Shown here one piece after another: positions 26,682-41,130 of a DNA stretch of 64,000 nucleotides; the stretch's first letter is position 1; the number at the start of each line of letters is the position of its first letter. The stretch spans positions 22,196,001-22,260,000 of the forward strand of contig OX597837.1 of the NCBI GenBank assembly GCA_951406725.2, given 5' to 3'. The DNA is from Octopus vulgaris (Eukaryota). Below the pieces are notes generated by a model. It ran no database searches and was not told the DNA's origin. It saw nothing but the letters and a program-made list of their open reading frames with translations. The position numbers were made by a program, and so were the translations under genes.

Positions 26682-29600
26682 ATACAGGCGATTGCCATAC
26701 ATTTTCTCACATACATCTGTTTACGATATATGCGTGTGCGTGATACACATGTCACATTTTCATATTCATTTGTTTATGGCATGTGTGTTTGTGCGTTATA
26801 TAATATACAACGCACACAAGCACACCTACCATATACAATGTATATGTATATATGCATGTATATATGTGTTTATGTCTGTTTAAATATATAAATGTACATG
26901 AATAATATAATGTGTGTTCGTGTACAATATATATGTGGCACATATGTGTATGAGTTTGTGTATATATGTAGGTTTATTTCTGTATGTGTATGTTATAAGC
27001 TAACACCAAACTTAGTTAAACTATCATCCAGTTAGATATATATGGCTATTATTATCCCTTAATCGTATCTTTAACAACAGGCATTAGAAACAACAAAAAT
27101 AGGGGCCGAATTATCGACTAGATGTCCCTGAAAGTTTCATGCCTCATGGGGAAAAAGAAAACGAGGATTTCTCTTTTCCATAATTTATGGGAGGACTTTA
27201 AGGGACAGCTGGTTGTCTTTCTTTTTTCTTTTCTTTTTTTTTTTTGTTCAATAATAACATAAATTTTCAAATTTTCGCATTTCAGTGGGGGTGTAATGCT
27301 AATCATTTATGTCGACCCTTAATCTATACAAAGTTGATAATAATGCATTTTTTTTTATCAACAACAATGCCCCCCCTTTTGATTTCTAATTTAGGCACAA
27401 TGTTATCAGTTTCTGAGAGAAGGAGTTAGTCGATACTATCGACCCCAGTACTTGACGTTGGGGACAGTACAAAGTCGAAAATACAAAAGAAAACGATGGA
27501 CAAGATTAGCCTAATTTGTTTGTTTGTCCGTGGACAAGATATCTCAAGAACTACTGAATAGATTCGGATAAAACTTTCAGGGAAGTTTGGCCGCGTGACT
27601 GGCATGAACTGCTAAGATTTGGGATCGATCGGGTACTGGTCAAGGATTCTGGATTATTTTTCTGGGTGTTTTTTTAACATAAGTTTTTTGAGAGCAGTCG
27701 TATTCATTTTTAGTATTCTCGTTTATTTCAGATATTCTCATTTTATATTTCTTTACTACCCACAAGGGGCTAAACACAGAGGGGACAAACAAGGACAGAT
27801 AAACGGATTAAGTCGATTATAACGACTCCAGTGCGTAACTGGTACTTAATCTATCGACCCCGAAAGGATGAAAGGCAAAGTCGACCTCGGCGGAATTTGA
27901 ACCCGAAAATCATCTCCAGCTAATCGTTGAGAGGACTTTGGTGTTGCCTTGGCGGGGGTTTGCGCTGAGTGCGCTTGTTGTTGTTATTATTATTATTATT
28001 ATTATTATCTAAAAGGCTTACTACAGTACCAGGAAGTACAAAATAATTGTATCAAGTTGCAGTAATTGAGTGAAGAGGAATTTATTTTATAAAAGAAAGA
28101 CAAAAAAAAATGAGAATGGAAGAAAGAAAAAATAACATGAATGCAACACCAAATGCCCCAATTGGTCGCTCACTACAAGGTTCAACGGAACCTACTGAAG
28201 CAAGCCACGCTCGCGACATTACCACGGGCAACGGCGAGGGGAAGGCGTTGGAAAAGCCAGCCACCCCTCCAAACGTTTCAAATATCACAGACTGGAAAAG
28301 CCAGGTCGTTTCAAATTTTGGTACAAGTCCTGCAATTTTAGTGGGTAGTTTAGTCGATTATATCGAATCTCGGTTCTTAGACCGGTACTTTAGGAATTTG
28401 AACTAAAATCGAAAAAATCCCGGCTAGGTCAGCTTTGCTTTTCATTCCTCCCCTAAAATATGCTGAATTTGTGCTTTATTTAGAGACAATTGTTAATTAC
28501 AGTCATTTGATTAACTGTCACAAGGGCGACAGATGAGGTAACATTACAGGGACACTGTAAGCCTTCGGCTCACACTCACGGGCCGTGTGTGAAAAGTCGG
28601 AATGAATGAAGAGTAACAGTATATATACATAGTCTGTTGGTGTATTTCAGGCAACATGGTTTGAGTATCGGAAGATAACAAACAGGGTAACGCCATTAGT
28701 GGGAGAGGTTAGGAAGTTAAAGGAGAAGGGTGAAATAAAATAAATTAAATTGTAGGCGTAGGAGTGGCTGTGTGGTAAGTAGCTTGGCTACCAACCACAT
28801 GGTTCTGGGTTCAATCGCACTGCGTGGCACATTGGGCAAGTGTCTTCTTCTATAGCCTCGAGCCGACCAAAGCCTTGTGATTGGATTTGGTAGACGGAAA
28901 CTGAAAGAAACCCGTCGTATATATATGTATGTGTATGTGTGTCCCAACATCGCTTGACAACCGATGCTGGTGTGTTTACGTCCCCGTAACTTAGCGGTTC
29001 GGCAAAGTGACCGATAGAATAAGTATTAGGCTTACAAAGAATGTCCTGTGCTTTATCATGGCCACAGTAAAATGACTGAAACAAGTAAAAGATGTAATAA
29101 GTAAAAAATAGTCAAGTACTAGAAGGTAAGAAGGGAGCGGGGTTCGTTTTCATGATAGATTTAGGGATATAAAAGTTTTAAAAGGTTCATGGATTTAAGA
29201 GATTAAGGGTATATGAAAGGATATGGAAATAGATATAAAAGTAGATAGATGAATAAATAGACATATAGAAGGGTTAGTCGATAGATAGATACATACAAAC
29301 ATATATACAAGAGTACAGGTCCAATTCATCACTGGAACTGTAAAAATCTGTAAAACTTTCCAGAAGTTTATCATATGAAATATATATGAGCATGTCTAGA
29401 TGTGCATGAGAATACATACATAAAACATACGAATCTGTATATACATACATGCTTACAAATAAAAATACCCTGTTGCTGATATTGAAATTCCAATGAAGGA
29501 GCCTTGGATCTAGGTTAGAAACCAGTCCTTTCTCTATTGGTGTGATGAGATCGAAATTGAGAACTCAGTACGGATGGATTTCACTAAGATTCTGCATCTT

Positions 29601-32600
29601 ACGGGACAGCATCTTAGGGTCAGATTAAGACTCAGAGGAACCTTAAACATTTAAAAGATTTTGGTTCACCTCCATATATGCCGATTTCAAAATATGAACA
29701 ATAATAAACCATAAAATAATTTATATTTTTCAAAATGAATCAAAACTAACAGTAAGATAGAAAATAATCCTTTAATAATAGACACAAAACCTGAAATTTT
29801 GAGGGAGGGGAATAGTCGATTACATCGACTGACTGGCACTTAATTTATCGATCCCGAAGGGATGAAAGACAAAGTCGACCTCGGCGGAATTTGAGCTCAG
29901 AACATAAAGACAGACGAAATACTGCAAAGCATTTCGCTCGGCATGCAAACGATTCTGCCAGCTCACTGCCTAAGTAAGATGGAAAATAATGTTTATTTTT
30001 TTTTTGTATACATCCACTTCGTTTAAATTTGAAAAAGTTTTCTCTTCCCCCCTCTACCTTTTTTTTAAAAAAAGAATTGCAAGGTTACTATGACACGGCG
30101 AAGACTCGAAATATTATTTCCAATCATATAAACCTATTCGAATAATATTTTAGTCTCTTTCTCTCTCACACACCCACACGTTTACATTTCTGTGATGCCA
30201 CACCCCTTTCCTTGATGTCCCGAACATGTGCTATTTTGCTTAATGGTAAATCCAGTGCTGGTCACATGCTACATGGAGATCAAACTCCCTCTCTCGCCCT
30301 CTGCTTGCCTATCTATCTATCGTTTCGTGTCTATCTTTGCTAGCTATCGTTTATTTATCTGTCTATCGATCTGTCTGTCTACTTATTTATCTACCTATCT
30401 AGTTATATAAAATTTAATAAGGGTAGAAATTGATATTAATCTGTCTTGCTTACTTTTAACACTTTAGTTTGTGCTGAGTTTTTAATTGAGAACACATTTT
30501 TCGTGGAAAATAGCGATTTTGACGTCTATATCTAGCATGTTGACCGTCCACTTTTAGTGGTCAGTCCTTTAAATTTTGTATCTAGTTATATAACTACTTC
30601 TATATCCATAAACGTTTTATATATCCTCAATCTCTTACATCCATATGAACATTTTAAAACTTTTATGACTCTAAATCTATCACGAAAACTATACCTCCTC
30701 GTAATCGACTATTCTTTAAGTTTCCGTCTACTAAATCCACTCAATGCTTTGGTTAGCCTGAGGCCATAGTAGAAGATACTTGCCCAAGGTGCCACGTAGT
30801 GGGACTGAACCCGGGACCATATGGTTGGGAAGCAAGCTTCTTCGCACACAGCCATGAACTGTTGTTGCCGAAATTGTTTTTGACCTACAAGAGATAGCTT
30901 AACAAACAAACACACACACACACACTCTCTCTCTCTTACACACACATACACGTTTCCATTGTATACATCAACTCAGCCAGCGATTAGTTGACACAGCTTT
31001 TTAGCGTCGGGGGTGTGTATATGTGAGAGAGAGTGAGAATTTCAAGAAACGGGTGGAATACAAAACCAAAACAACTCATAATTCTCGAAAATTTACTTTC
31101 CCTTTCTTTAAAACGCAAAAAGACATTCATAAACAAATATACACACACAAAAAATCACTAGCCTATATATATACAAAATTTAAAGGACTGACCACTAAAA
31201 GTGGACGGTCAACATGCTAGATATAGACGTCAAAATCGCTATTTTCCACAAAGAATGTGTTCTCAAATAAAAAAAATCTCAGCACAAACCAATAGCGATT
31301 TTGACGTCTATATCTAGCATGTGGACTTTTAGTGGTCAGTCCTTTAAATTTTGTATGTAAAAATGTTTTAATCTTCGGATTTTTTAATATGCTAGGCCAC
31401 TGGTTTTAATTGATTAATATCAATTTCTAACCTTATTCAATTTTATATATGTGTGTGTGTGTACTTCTTTCAATTTCCGTCTACCAAATCCGCTCACAAG
31501 GCTTTGATCAGCCCGAGGATATAGTTGAAGACACTTGTTTAAGGTGTAAGGTGTCATGCAGTGAGACTGAACCCCGTAGCAAAAAAACTTGTGATGGATA
31601 GACATATAGAAGGGTAAGTCGATAGATAGACAGATCCACTCCATCACTGGAACTGTAAAAATCTGTCTGTTGGCGTATTTTCTTTTATTTGTTTCAGTCA
31701 TTTGACTGCGACCGTGCTGGAGTACCGCCTTTAGTAGAAGAAATCGACCCCAGGACTTATTCTTTGCAAGCCTAGTACTTATTCTATCGGTCACTTTTGC
31801 TGAACCGCTAAGTTACGGGGATGTAAACACGCCACCATCGGTTGTCAAGCGATGGTGGTGGGGACAAACACAGGCACACACGCACATATATCTATATACG
31901 ACGACGGGCTTCTTTCAGTTTCCTTCTACCAAATCCACTCACAAGGATTTGGTCGGCCCGCGGCTATAGTAGAAGACACTTGGCCGAGGTGTCAAACAGT
32001 GGGACTGAACCCAGATCCTTGTGGTTGGTAAGCAAGCTACTTATCACACAACGACTCTTTTTTTTTTTCTGTTCGCATTCAATTCCGATATAATCATAAT
32101 CTACACTCCCTGAAAGGTACTTGTCGAGAATTTCATCAAACACCTATTATAAAACATTTTCTGATTTTGTATTTTCATGGTCAGAAGGATCCCCCTCCGA
32201 CAAATAACAGCTGACTCTCAAAAACTGGACAGTCAGCCATTTTATACGGTTCGAAATATAAACTTAAATTTCAAAAACTTTCCACATTATTGTGCATTTG
32301 TTCTTTCATAACTTCTCTCGTCCATACTGTTTATTTTTTTGTTATAAAATAATCTGTAGCCTCTGAAACGATGAGAGTTTTTCACTTCGTCAGCATCCTA
32401 CCACCTCACTGAAATATATGACGCTCTGCGAGTGTATGGCTGTTCCAGTGTCCCAAACTCGCCATCGCCTGCGTTAATACTGTAATTACTTTAGGGTAGG
32501 GTTACTATACATCCCTATTTTCCAGGACATGTCTTGGATTCAGGTGGCTATGTGCCCGGGGAAGAATTTTAATAATTCTTCAAAGATCCGGAATTTCAGC

Positions 32601-32849
32601 TTCGAACACTTTAAAAAATTGTAACGACTGTGACGAAAAGACAGAGTAAAAGAGTGAAGTAGCATTGATTTTTTTTTTTTAGATAACAACTCTGAAGAAG
32701 TTAACTTTTTCAGGTCGTTCACTTTTTTCTCAACCTATCAATGGGCCAATTGAGTAAACCTGTCAGACACAGCTGTAAGTCAAATTTACTTACAATAAAG
32801 GAAAATATGTAATGACCATTATTTATGCCTTGTCTCATTTCTCTCTCTT

Positions 32850-32940
<91 letters not shown>

Positions 32941-33069
32941 TGATAGAAACGGTAAGACAACAAAAGAATGAAAGAGACCTCGATATTATGTAAATAGAGG
33001 AATTTATCTGTAAATATATGTGACAATTCGGAGTTTTATCATGGCTACCGAATAATTGTCACATATATT

Positions 33070-33126
<57 letters not shown>

Positions 33127-33979
33127 AACGCCAAAGGTCTAAGGTGTGTCGTGCAGTCGTAACAGTGGAGTTGTCCTAGATTCTGACCGTCAAATATAGC
33201 ACCTATTTTAGGGATGTCTCTTCAACTCTCTCTTTCTCTCTCTCTCTATCTGTCTATCTGTGTGCTTCTCTCTCTTTCTCTCTCTCTCTCTATCTGTCTA
33301 TCTGTGTGCTTCTCTCGCTCTCTCCCTCTCTCTCTCTCTCTGCTTGCTGTTTCTTTGCTTTGATAAATTACGTGATCTTTTCTAAAAGATCCAAATTACG
33401 TTCTTTTTCATTAAATTACTGCGTATAAACTGCATCGAAAAATGAAAATGAAACTTCATGGTATTAAGATTATTGCATGTCCTCCGTTCTTCTTCGAATT
33501 GTTATGATGAATTCTGAAGTCAGTTTTCTTAGAATTCGTATGAAGAATGAATAATCTAAAGTTAGTTTTCTTAGAATTTGTATGAAGAATTCGAAAGTTA
33601 GTTTTCTTAGAATCCGAATCCAGATGTCAGAATTTTGTGTTGTAAGGATTTATTAAACGAAATGTTTTATGCCTTTAGAATGGGTGTATTATGTGAGTGA
33701 CCCTTTTGTGTTGAAAGGGTTAATAGAATAGCTTTTATACTTTGTTTCAGCCATTGAAGGGTTTTTTTGTCAACTCAACCACCAATATATATATATATTT
33801 ATATTTATATATATTTTAAGTTTAGCATTTATTATACCGATTTCTTTTGCCGAACCGTAAACAAACCGATGGAGTTTCTGATCAGGACGCTCGCATCATT
33901 TGGATTTTCTCCGTTTTGGTGGGGATTTTTCCAATTTTTTCCCCACCACGACATATAAAGTTGTGGGGGAAAGTTTTTG

Positions 33980-36653
33980 ATTAATGTTTACAATTTGACC
34001 CGGAAACGAAAATCAGAAAAAAATAGTGCAGTGGATGTAAAAGAATGTGTAGGAAACGAATAGGAAGAAAAGAATGCTCGCAAATTAACGGGAGGGTGGG
34101 GAGCGGACCTCGGAAAATTCACAAGATCCGAGTTTTTCCTTCAATAACTTTTAGGAAAATTTTCAATGAAATTTAATGTAAATAGTTTTCGAACGGCATA
34201 CATTGCGATTATAAAGAAATTTGTGGGGAAAATCTTTTCCAAGTGGGTGGGCAGAGGATTTCGGAAAATTCACAAGATCCAAGATTTTCCCTCATAACGT
34301 TTAGGAAAATGTGGATTTTTTTCAATGAAATTTCATATAAATACCTTTCAAAAGGCATACATTACGATTGTAAAGAAATCTGTGGGTAAAATCGTTTCCA
34401 ACGAGTGGGGAGAAGACTTCGGAAAATTCACAAGATCCGAGTTTTTCCCTCATAACTGGATATGGGTATGTGTGTATATATGTGTGTATGTGTATATATA
34501 TATGTATATATTTGTATATATTTATGTGTGTATATATATATATGTGTGTGTGTGTATGTATATAGATGTATGTGTATGTATATAGATGTATGTATATATG
34601 TATATCTCTACATATATAAATGGCAAATGTCTGTGTGTGTGTCCTTTATACAAATCCACAATTTTTCAGTTAGAGGGCTCGCACTTTCTATGCTCATTCA
34701 AAACCGTCCAAGGGTGGTCGTGCACATCTTTACATTTCCACAGTCACCCTGCAAAGCCATTCAAAAATCAATAGAAGGGACTTTTTTGTGAATTTTCTAT
34801 CCAAAACCCAATCAAAATGCCCGAAACTTGATACGCTAATTGAATGCCAGCTAGCTGTATGTGACTGGTCGGAGATTTGGACAGTACTCGCGTGTATGTG
34901 CGCACGCACGCAGCTGCATATGCATGCACTAGCACTATGACCCGGCAACGCCGGGTCATAGTGCTAGTTTGTATCTCTTATTATAAAAGGCAGATTTTAT
35001 CTGCCTCCCTTTGTATCTTATAGAAATCTACAATATAGGATTTCTTCAATTACAATTTACCTAGCATTTTTAAGAGTAGAATGCATCGGGTTTTGCCAGG
35101 TCCAGTTTTTAAAATTTAAACTCCAATTAAGCAAAATTTACAGAAAACTCACATTCTGGTGTGTATGTCAAATGCTTTTCTTAGTCTGGTTTACAGCACA
35201 CGCAAACGCACACACACAGTGTGCAACGAATAAAGTGAAACTAGATGTAATATTTGTTTCTGTCTATCACGCTGATAGATACATGAGTAAAATGTATGGC
35301 AAGCTAACAGATAAGAGTGAGTGAAAATGTTCTTGGAAGAGAGTAAATAGCGACAGAGTGATTTGAGGAAGACTAAACTGAAAGTATGAAACAGTGTTTA
35401 TGTATAAACAGACGACACCCTTTCGTTACCAAACCGCCCGAATTTACCTATTCATATTTAAATGAGAATATCAGAGTAAATCTCTTTAGTACATTCGTGA
35501 AAACATGTATTATACTTCGTAAACACTTCAAATACAGTTTTGTACAAAAATCGAAGTGTAATTTTAATTCCGTGAATTATGGGAGATTTTTTTCCGAAAT
35601 TTGTTCCTATTGTGTTTTCAAAATTTGTAATTCTGACAAAAAATGGATACGAATTTCATTATATCAAGCAGCGAGTCAGAATTCGAAGGATTTTCTACTG
35701 AAGACCTTCATAAATCTAACTCTATGACTGAAAAAAAAAAGCATCTTTATATAAGAGTGAAGTTGTGTGTCTGTCTCCTACGATTTAGATTCGTAACTAC
35801 TCCCACATTTTGCGGTGCAGTTTAACCAAAAGCGGGTATCTTATAGTCGTGATTCATATCGAGCCCTTCTGGGTATTAGCGCGCGTCTACGATGAGTCTA
35901 CGATTTTAAAAAAATTTACCATCATATTTTTCCATTTTAATGCATTTTTTTCGCTTTTATATAAGGGAAGTAACTCTCTAAAAATATCTACGATGTGTCA
36001 ACGATTTAAAAAAAAAATTTACCATAATTTTTTTTCAATTTTTAATGCATTTTTTTGCTATTTTTTGGCTATAACTCTCTAAAAATGCTTATATAGTTAT
36101 TTCCCTTACAACCCGAGCAACGTCGGGCGATACTGCTAGTATATATATATATATTATATATATTTGTGAATGAGAATAACGACGGAAGGGTTAAAAAAGT
36201 GTAAAAATAATTGAAGATAAAATGAAACAAAATTGAAGCCAAAATCTCAAAGTTTATTGAAAGTGGATCGAAATAAACACTACCTAGTACTATGCTAGGG
36301 TATCTGTAGAAAGTTTGAATGTGATTTCGGAATATAACAAGGAAAAATTCGGATCTTGGAAATTTTCCAAAAGTCTTCTCCCCACCTCAAAATTTTACAC
36401 ACAAATCACTTTATAATCGTAATGTATGCCATTTGAAAGGTATTTATATAAAATTTCATTGAAAAATCCCCATTTTCTTAAAAGTTATGAGGGAAAAACT
36501 CGGATCTTGTGAATTTTCCGAGGTCCTCTCCCCACCCTCCCGATGCTTTGCACACATTTTTTTTTTTCATATTTGTTTCCTACACATTTTTTTTTACACC
36601 TGTTGCACTATTTTTTTCTGATTTTCATTTCTGGGTCAAGTTGTAAACATTAA
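33980..36653. mobile_element. Foldback-like inverted arms (~33980-34455 and ~36340-36653) enclosing Helitron-like inserts
   Basis: TTAATGTTTACAA.TTGACCC.GAAA..CGGAAAATTCACAAGATCCGAGTTTTTCC recurs reverse-complemented; internal tandem subrepeats of ~150-180 bp. Confidence 0.65.
34606..36140 (-). mobile_element. Cluster of Helitron/HINE-like elements (34606-34968, ~34975-35740, 35743-36140)
   Basis: CT(T/A)..TATA starts; the first and last end in a hairpin plus GCTAGT; perfect 19-bp stem at 34928-34968. Confidence 0.55.
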
Positions 36654-37262
36654 CCAAGTGTTTTTTGTGGTAAAAAGGAAGTTAGGAAAATATATGATTT
36701 TGGCCTTTTTTTTTTCCTGCATTACAATGGGAAAAATCTTTTCGGTAAAAAAAATAAAATAAAATAAAATTTGAAAATATTTTCAGACGAAAATATTTCT
36801 ACCACATCCATGAGTCCCTGGTACTTGCCTTGTTTCTTCCCTCCTCCCCCCCCCCCAGCACCGAGCAAATCCATGAATAAGTGTAAGGAAAAATATCTAG
36901 TAACAGAAAAGTATACTATTTAAAAAAAACAGCGGAAAAAAAACCCAACACCTGTTGTCAAGTGGTTGTGGGAAGCAAAAGTAAAAAAAAAATAAATGCA
37001 CCCTTTTTAAACCCTAGCCAGGCTCATGGGCCTTGTTTCCCGGTTTCCATGACATATGTGTTCCTAAGTTGGATGGGACGTCAGTCCATTGCAGCGTTAC
37101 TCACTTTTGCCTGCTGAGTGGACTGGAGCAACGTGAAATGAAGTGTTTTGCTCAAGAACACAACGCGTCGCCCGGTCCAGGAATTGAAATCACAATCTTA
37201 CGATCATGATGCTGACACCCTAACCACTAAGCCATGCGCCTCCACATGTGGGAAGCAAACAC

Positions 37263-38815
37263 AGATCTTATTGGTTTGGCTGTCAGCATTTCAAAAATTA
37301 AAGTTTACCAAAAATTTTTTAATTTGGCAAAGTAATACACTTTCCCAAACTGAATTGCTGGAGTTATTTCATTTTTTCCAGAAAAATGTTTTTAAAAAGT
37401 TATAGAGGTTTAAAGCTTGATCATTTTCACCCTGTCGGGGAAACAGGTTTTGAAAGCTGTCATTTTCTGCATGACTGCACATTTTGTTGTCAACGTCCTG
37501 AAAATAGCACATGTTGTCAATATTTGTAAACAACACGTGTTATGTCTCTAGTAGTTTTCTTTCATGAAAATAAATGTTTATGTTAATTTTAAAGATTTAT
37601 CCCAAAAATCTTATCTGTTATTTTCAGCACTCCTCACAGCCACCTCAGTGCTCAATGGCCAAAAAGAAATGAGTAAACAAACATTTAAGCATTCAATACT
37701 CTTTACTCTTTTATTTGTTTCAGTCATTTGACTGTGGCCATGCTGGAGCACCGCCTTTAGTCGAGCAAATCAATCCCAGGACTTATTCTTTGTAAGCCTA
37801 GTACTTATTCTATCGGTCTCTTTTTGACGAACCGCTAAGTTACGGGGACACAAACACACCAGCGTCAGTTGTCAAGCGATGTTGGGGGGACAAACACAGA
37901 AACACAAACACACACATACATATATACGATGGGTTTCTTTCAGTTTCCATCTGTCAAATCCACTCACAAGGCTTTGGTCGGCCTGAGGCTATAGTAGAAG
38001 ACACTTGCCCAATGTGCCATGCAGTGGGAATGAACCCAGAACCATGTGGTTGGTAAGCAAGCTACTTACCACACAGCCACTTGCGATGAACAATACATCA
38101 CATGCGATAAACATATTACAATTTAAATATGTTTAATTACAATTTTAATATGCTTAAAAAAACAAACATTTATGCCTTCATTTAATGCAAATGCAATAAA
38201 CAACACATTACATGTGAATGGACTAGATTATTTTATGCGCAACTCCATTGTCTTCCAAGACAAAAAGGATGCCAACCAACCAACACGTGAATGCCAGTAC
38301 AGGTTCCCACCATGTCTTTTCGTACACATAACATGCCCCTTTTTTACATAGTTTTCTTTTGGGTTTAATACCCTTCTCTTGAAGGTATGACACAGCATCC
38401 TCCTCTGTTTTCAATGTTTCCATAATAGAAGCAAAGTTACCGGAGCTTGCTGCTATATTCACACAGAACACAGCATCAAATTTGTCAACATGTGCTTCCT
38501 TGTAGATAAAAGGCTTTTCAAAACCTGCTTGGTTTTGCTTGTTACTATGGCAACAGGCATGCGCTTTCTTGCAGACAAAAAGGTTTTCATGTTCCGCTTC
38601 TTACTATCGAAACAGGCACGAATGTGTCTGTGGCTTACGATTGGCTAAAATTACCAAACTTTTCAACCCTGTAATTGCTAATGACCCTTTATTTATTGAT
38701 TTATAGCGAAAATTACTTTCACGTCATTAATTAGCCTATAAAAGTGTATCGATACAATGAATATGAAATCAATTTGAACTGAAAATTGACGTTGGCAGCC
38801 AAACCAACTAGATCC
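37263..38815 (-). mobile_element. Merlin/IS1595-like DNA transposon, deleted derivative
   Basis: TIR GATCT..TTGGTTTGGCTG.CA at both ends (GG terminus on the right); minus ORF TEEDAVSYLQEKGIKPKRKLCKKG resembles the ISXO2-type transposase N-terminus; contains a SINE A at 37697-38082. Confidence 0.6.
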
Positions 38816-39712
38816 ACAAGCGCACACACACACACATATATATGACAAGCTTCTTTCAGTTTCCATCTGCCAAATCCACTCACACGGCATTGCTTGACTC
38901 GGGACTACAGCAGAAGACACTTGCCACAGATGCCTCGCAGTGGAACTGAACTCAAGACCACATAGTTGTGAAGGAAGCGAGCACACATGTTGTGTTTGTT
39001 TATCAGCTGCTGCTGCTACTTTATTTATGTCACCAAAATATATTTCTTTACTACCCACAAGGGGCTAAACACAGAGGGGACAAACAAGGACAGACGAACG
39101 AATCAAGTTGATTATATCGACCCCAGTGCGTAACTGGTACTTAATTTATCGACCCCGAAAGGATGAAAGGCAAAGTCGACCTTGGCGGAATTTGAACTCA
39201 GGACGTAACGGCAGACGAAATACGGCTACGCATTTCGCCCGGCGTGCTAACGGTTCTGCCAGCTCGTTGAGCCGATCACGCAATGAGCTTCTTCTAGGAA
39301 TGGCAGTCACGGTTTTTCGCAATCACATTATTCCAAGTTCACTCTCGCTTGTGCATCTGTTTGTGTAAGGGAATTCTTCATCAGTAGTATCGGATATTTT
39401 GCAATTGGATTTCAGAGACGGAAATTATGTGGAAGTCTGTCATGCTCACGCATGTGTGTGACTGTATGAATATATGTATGTATGTCATTATTCAGTTTTA
39501 TTTCAAGATTTCTTGCCAATAGAGAAAGAGCCGGTTTCTAATTTAGATCCAAAGCTCATTCACTGGAATTTCAACATCAACAACATTAGAAAGATCAGAA
39601 ATAGCAAAAAAAAAAAAAGAAAAGAAAATTTAAATATCTAGGTCAAATGAAGGAGGATTAGGGAAAAATAGCACATGATATAAAATTAATAAATGAAACT
39701 TGACTAAATATA

Positions 39713-39849
39713 AGGTTGTCCCAAAAGTTCGTAGAAAGTCTTGGAAAATAATGGTCTTTATTTTGAGGAATAATTTTTGTTGTTTTTGTTAGTACTTGGC
39801 GAGTAAAAATTCAATTTTCGCAAGTGTTTACGAACTTTTGGGACAACCT
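39713..39849. mobile_element. Tiny mariner-derived MITE (137 bp)
   Basis: Perfect 21-bp TIR AGGTTGTCCCAAAAGTTCGTA, similar to the mariner end at 768. Confidence 0.8.
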
Positions 39850-40626
39850 AATAAAAGAAACTAGGCATAATATATTCTCTGTAGCTTCTTCTTGATCTGC
39901 TGGAGTGTCCTCTTTGTGATATATTTACTCACTGTGCAGTTAAAGACAAGAAATTATTGAAATTAGGCATTACTCATTTTACCCCATTTTAGACATCATT
40001 TTTTGAAACTTAAAAATTATCAAATTAGACATAAATACAGAAAAAGATTGTCTTGGAATCCAATGGAGAAAAGAATCTTAATTGTTAAGCACCAAAAATT
40101 AACCAGATATTTTATTAGCAACCTCAATTACAATTGGGTCAAAGTTGAGGAAAGATTTCTTGAAAAATGAGGACCTGTCACTTGATTGTTCTGGACTCTC
40201 TCAACTTCAACAACAACAACCATGCTGACCAATTTTTACTCCTAAACAAGATGCAACAGTACAAAAAATGATGCAGTGCTTGCAATACAACAATTTCAAA
40301 CAGGTAGGAAGAAAATAGCAAGAAATCAGAAGTTACTCATTTTACCTTCCCTGCCCCTACATATACTTCAAAGTCACTGTCAACAACATCCTTGTATAAA
40401 AATGATAAATTTGTGCTCTACAAAAGTATAGAGTAACCCATGAGATTAATGTAAAATTGTTTTTATTATAACTGATCATAAATTCCATTAATTCCAGCTT
40501 TTGTTTTAATAAATACTCTGCAAATAACATATTTGACCAAGAATTTCAACCTGTATGTATGGCTTTTCTCATTCAAAATAAAACATCTACATACATAACA
40601 TAGCTGGAATACAATGTGGTTGGTTA

Positions 40627-40669
<43 letters not shown>

Positions 40670-40939
40670 TACCGTGCCGGTGGCACGTAAAAAGCACCAT
40701 CCGATCGTGGCCGTTTGCCAGCCTCGTCTGGCACATAAAATGCACCCACTACACTCATGGAGTGGTTGGCGTTAGGAAGGGCATCCAGCCGTAGAAACAT
40801 TGCCAGATCAGACTGGGCCTGGTGCAGCCTTCTGGCTTCCCAGACCCCAGTTGAACTGTCCAACCCATGCCAGCATGGAAAGCGGACGCTAAACGATGAT
40901 GATGATGATGATGATGATAATGTGTGTGACTGTGTGTGT

Positions 40940-41130
40940 ATCGGCGATTTTCTTTCTCCGTCTTTCCTTCCTTGGACCTTTCCTTTTTCTATGTTTCTGA
41001 CGAAGAGCTCCACTCGAAACGTTAAATCCTCCTTCTTTCTTTCCTTTCCTGAGCATCCAATAACACTATACTTGTTCCATGTTTTCGTGCTGTTGTGTTT
41101 TCTCCTTGTTCATGATTAGATTAACTATAT
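40940..41130 (+). mobile_element. Penelope-like ~190-bp remnant with hammerhead motif (second copy 62491-62682)
   Basis: GTTT-CTGACGA-A-GAG(CTCCA)CTC-GAAA-CG-TT-AAAT; sits between (TG)n and (TA)n. Confidence 0.55.

Noticed and set aside
28110-28406. 98-aa ORF of ordinary composition in intron 1
   Set aside because: No recognisable motif, no convincing splice context, and it runs into SINE-derived sequence.
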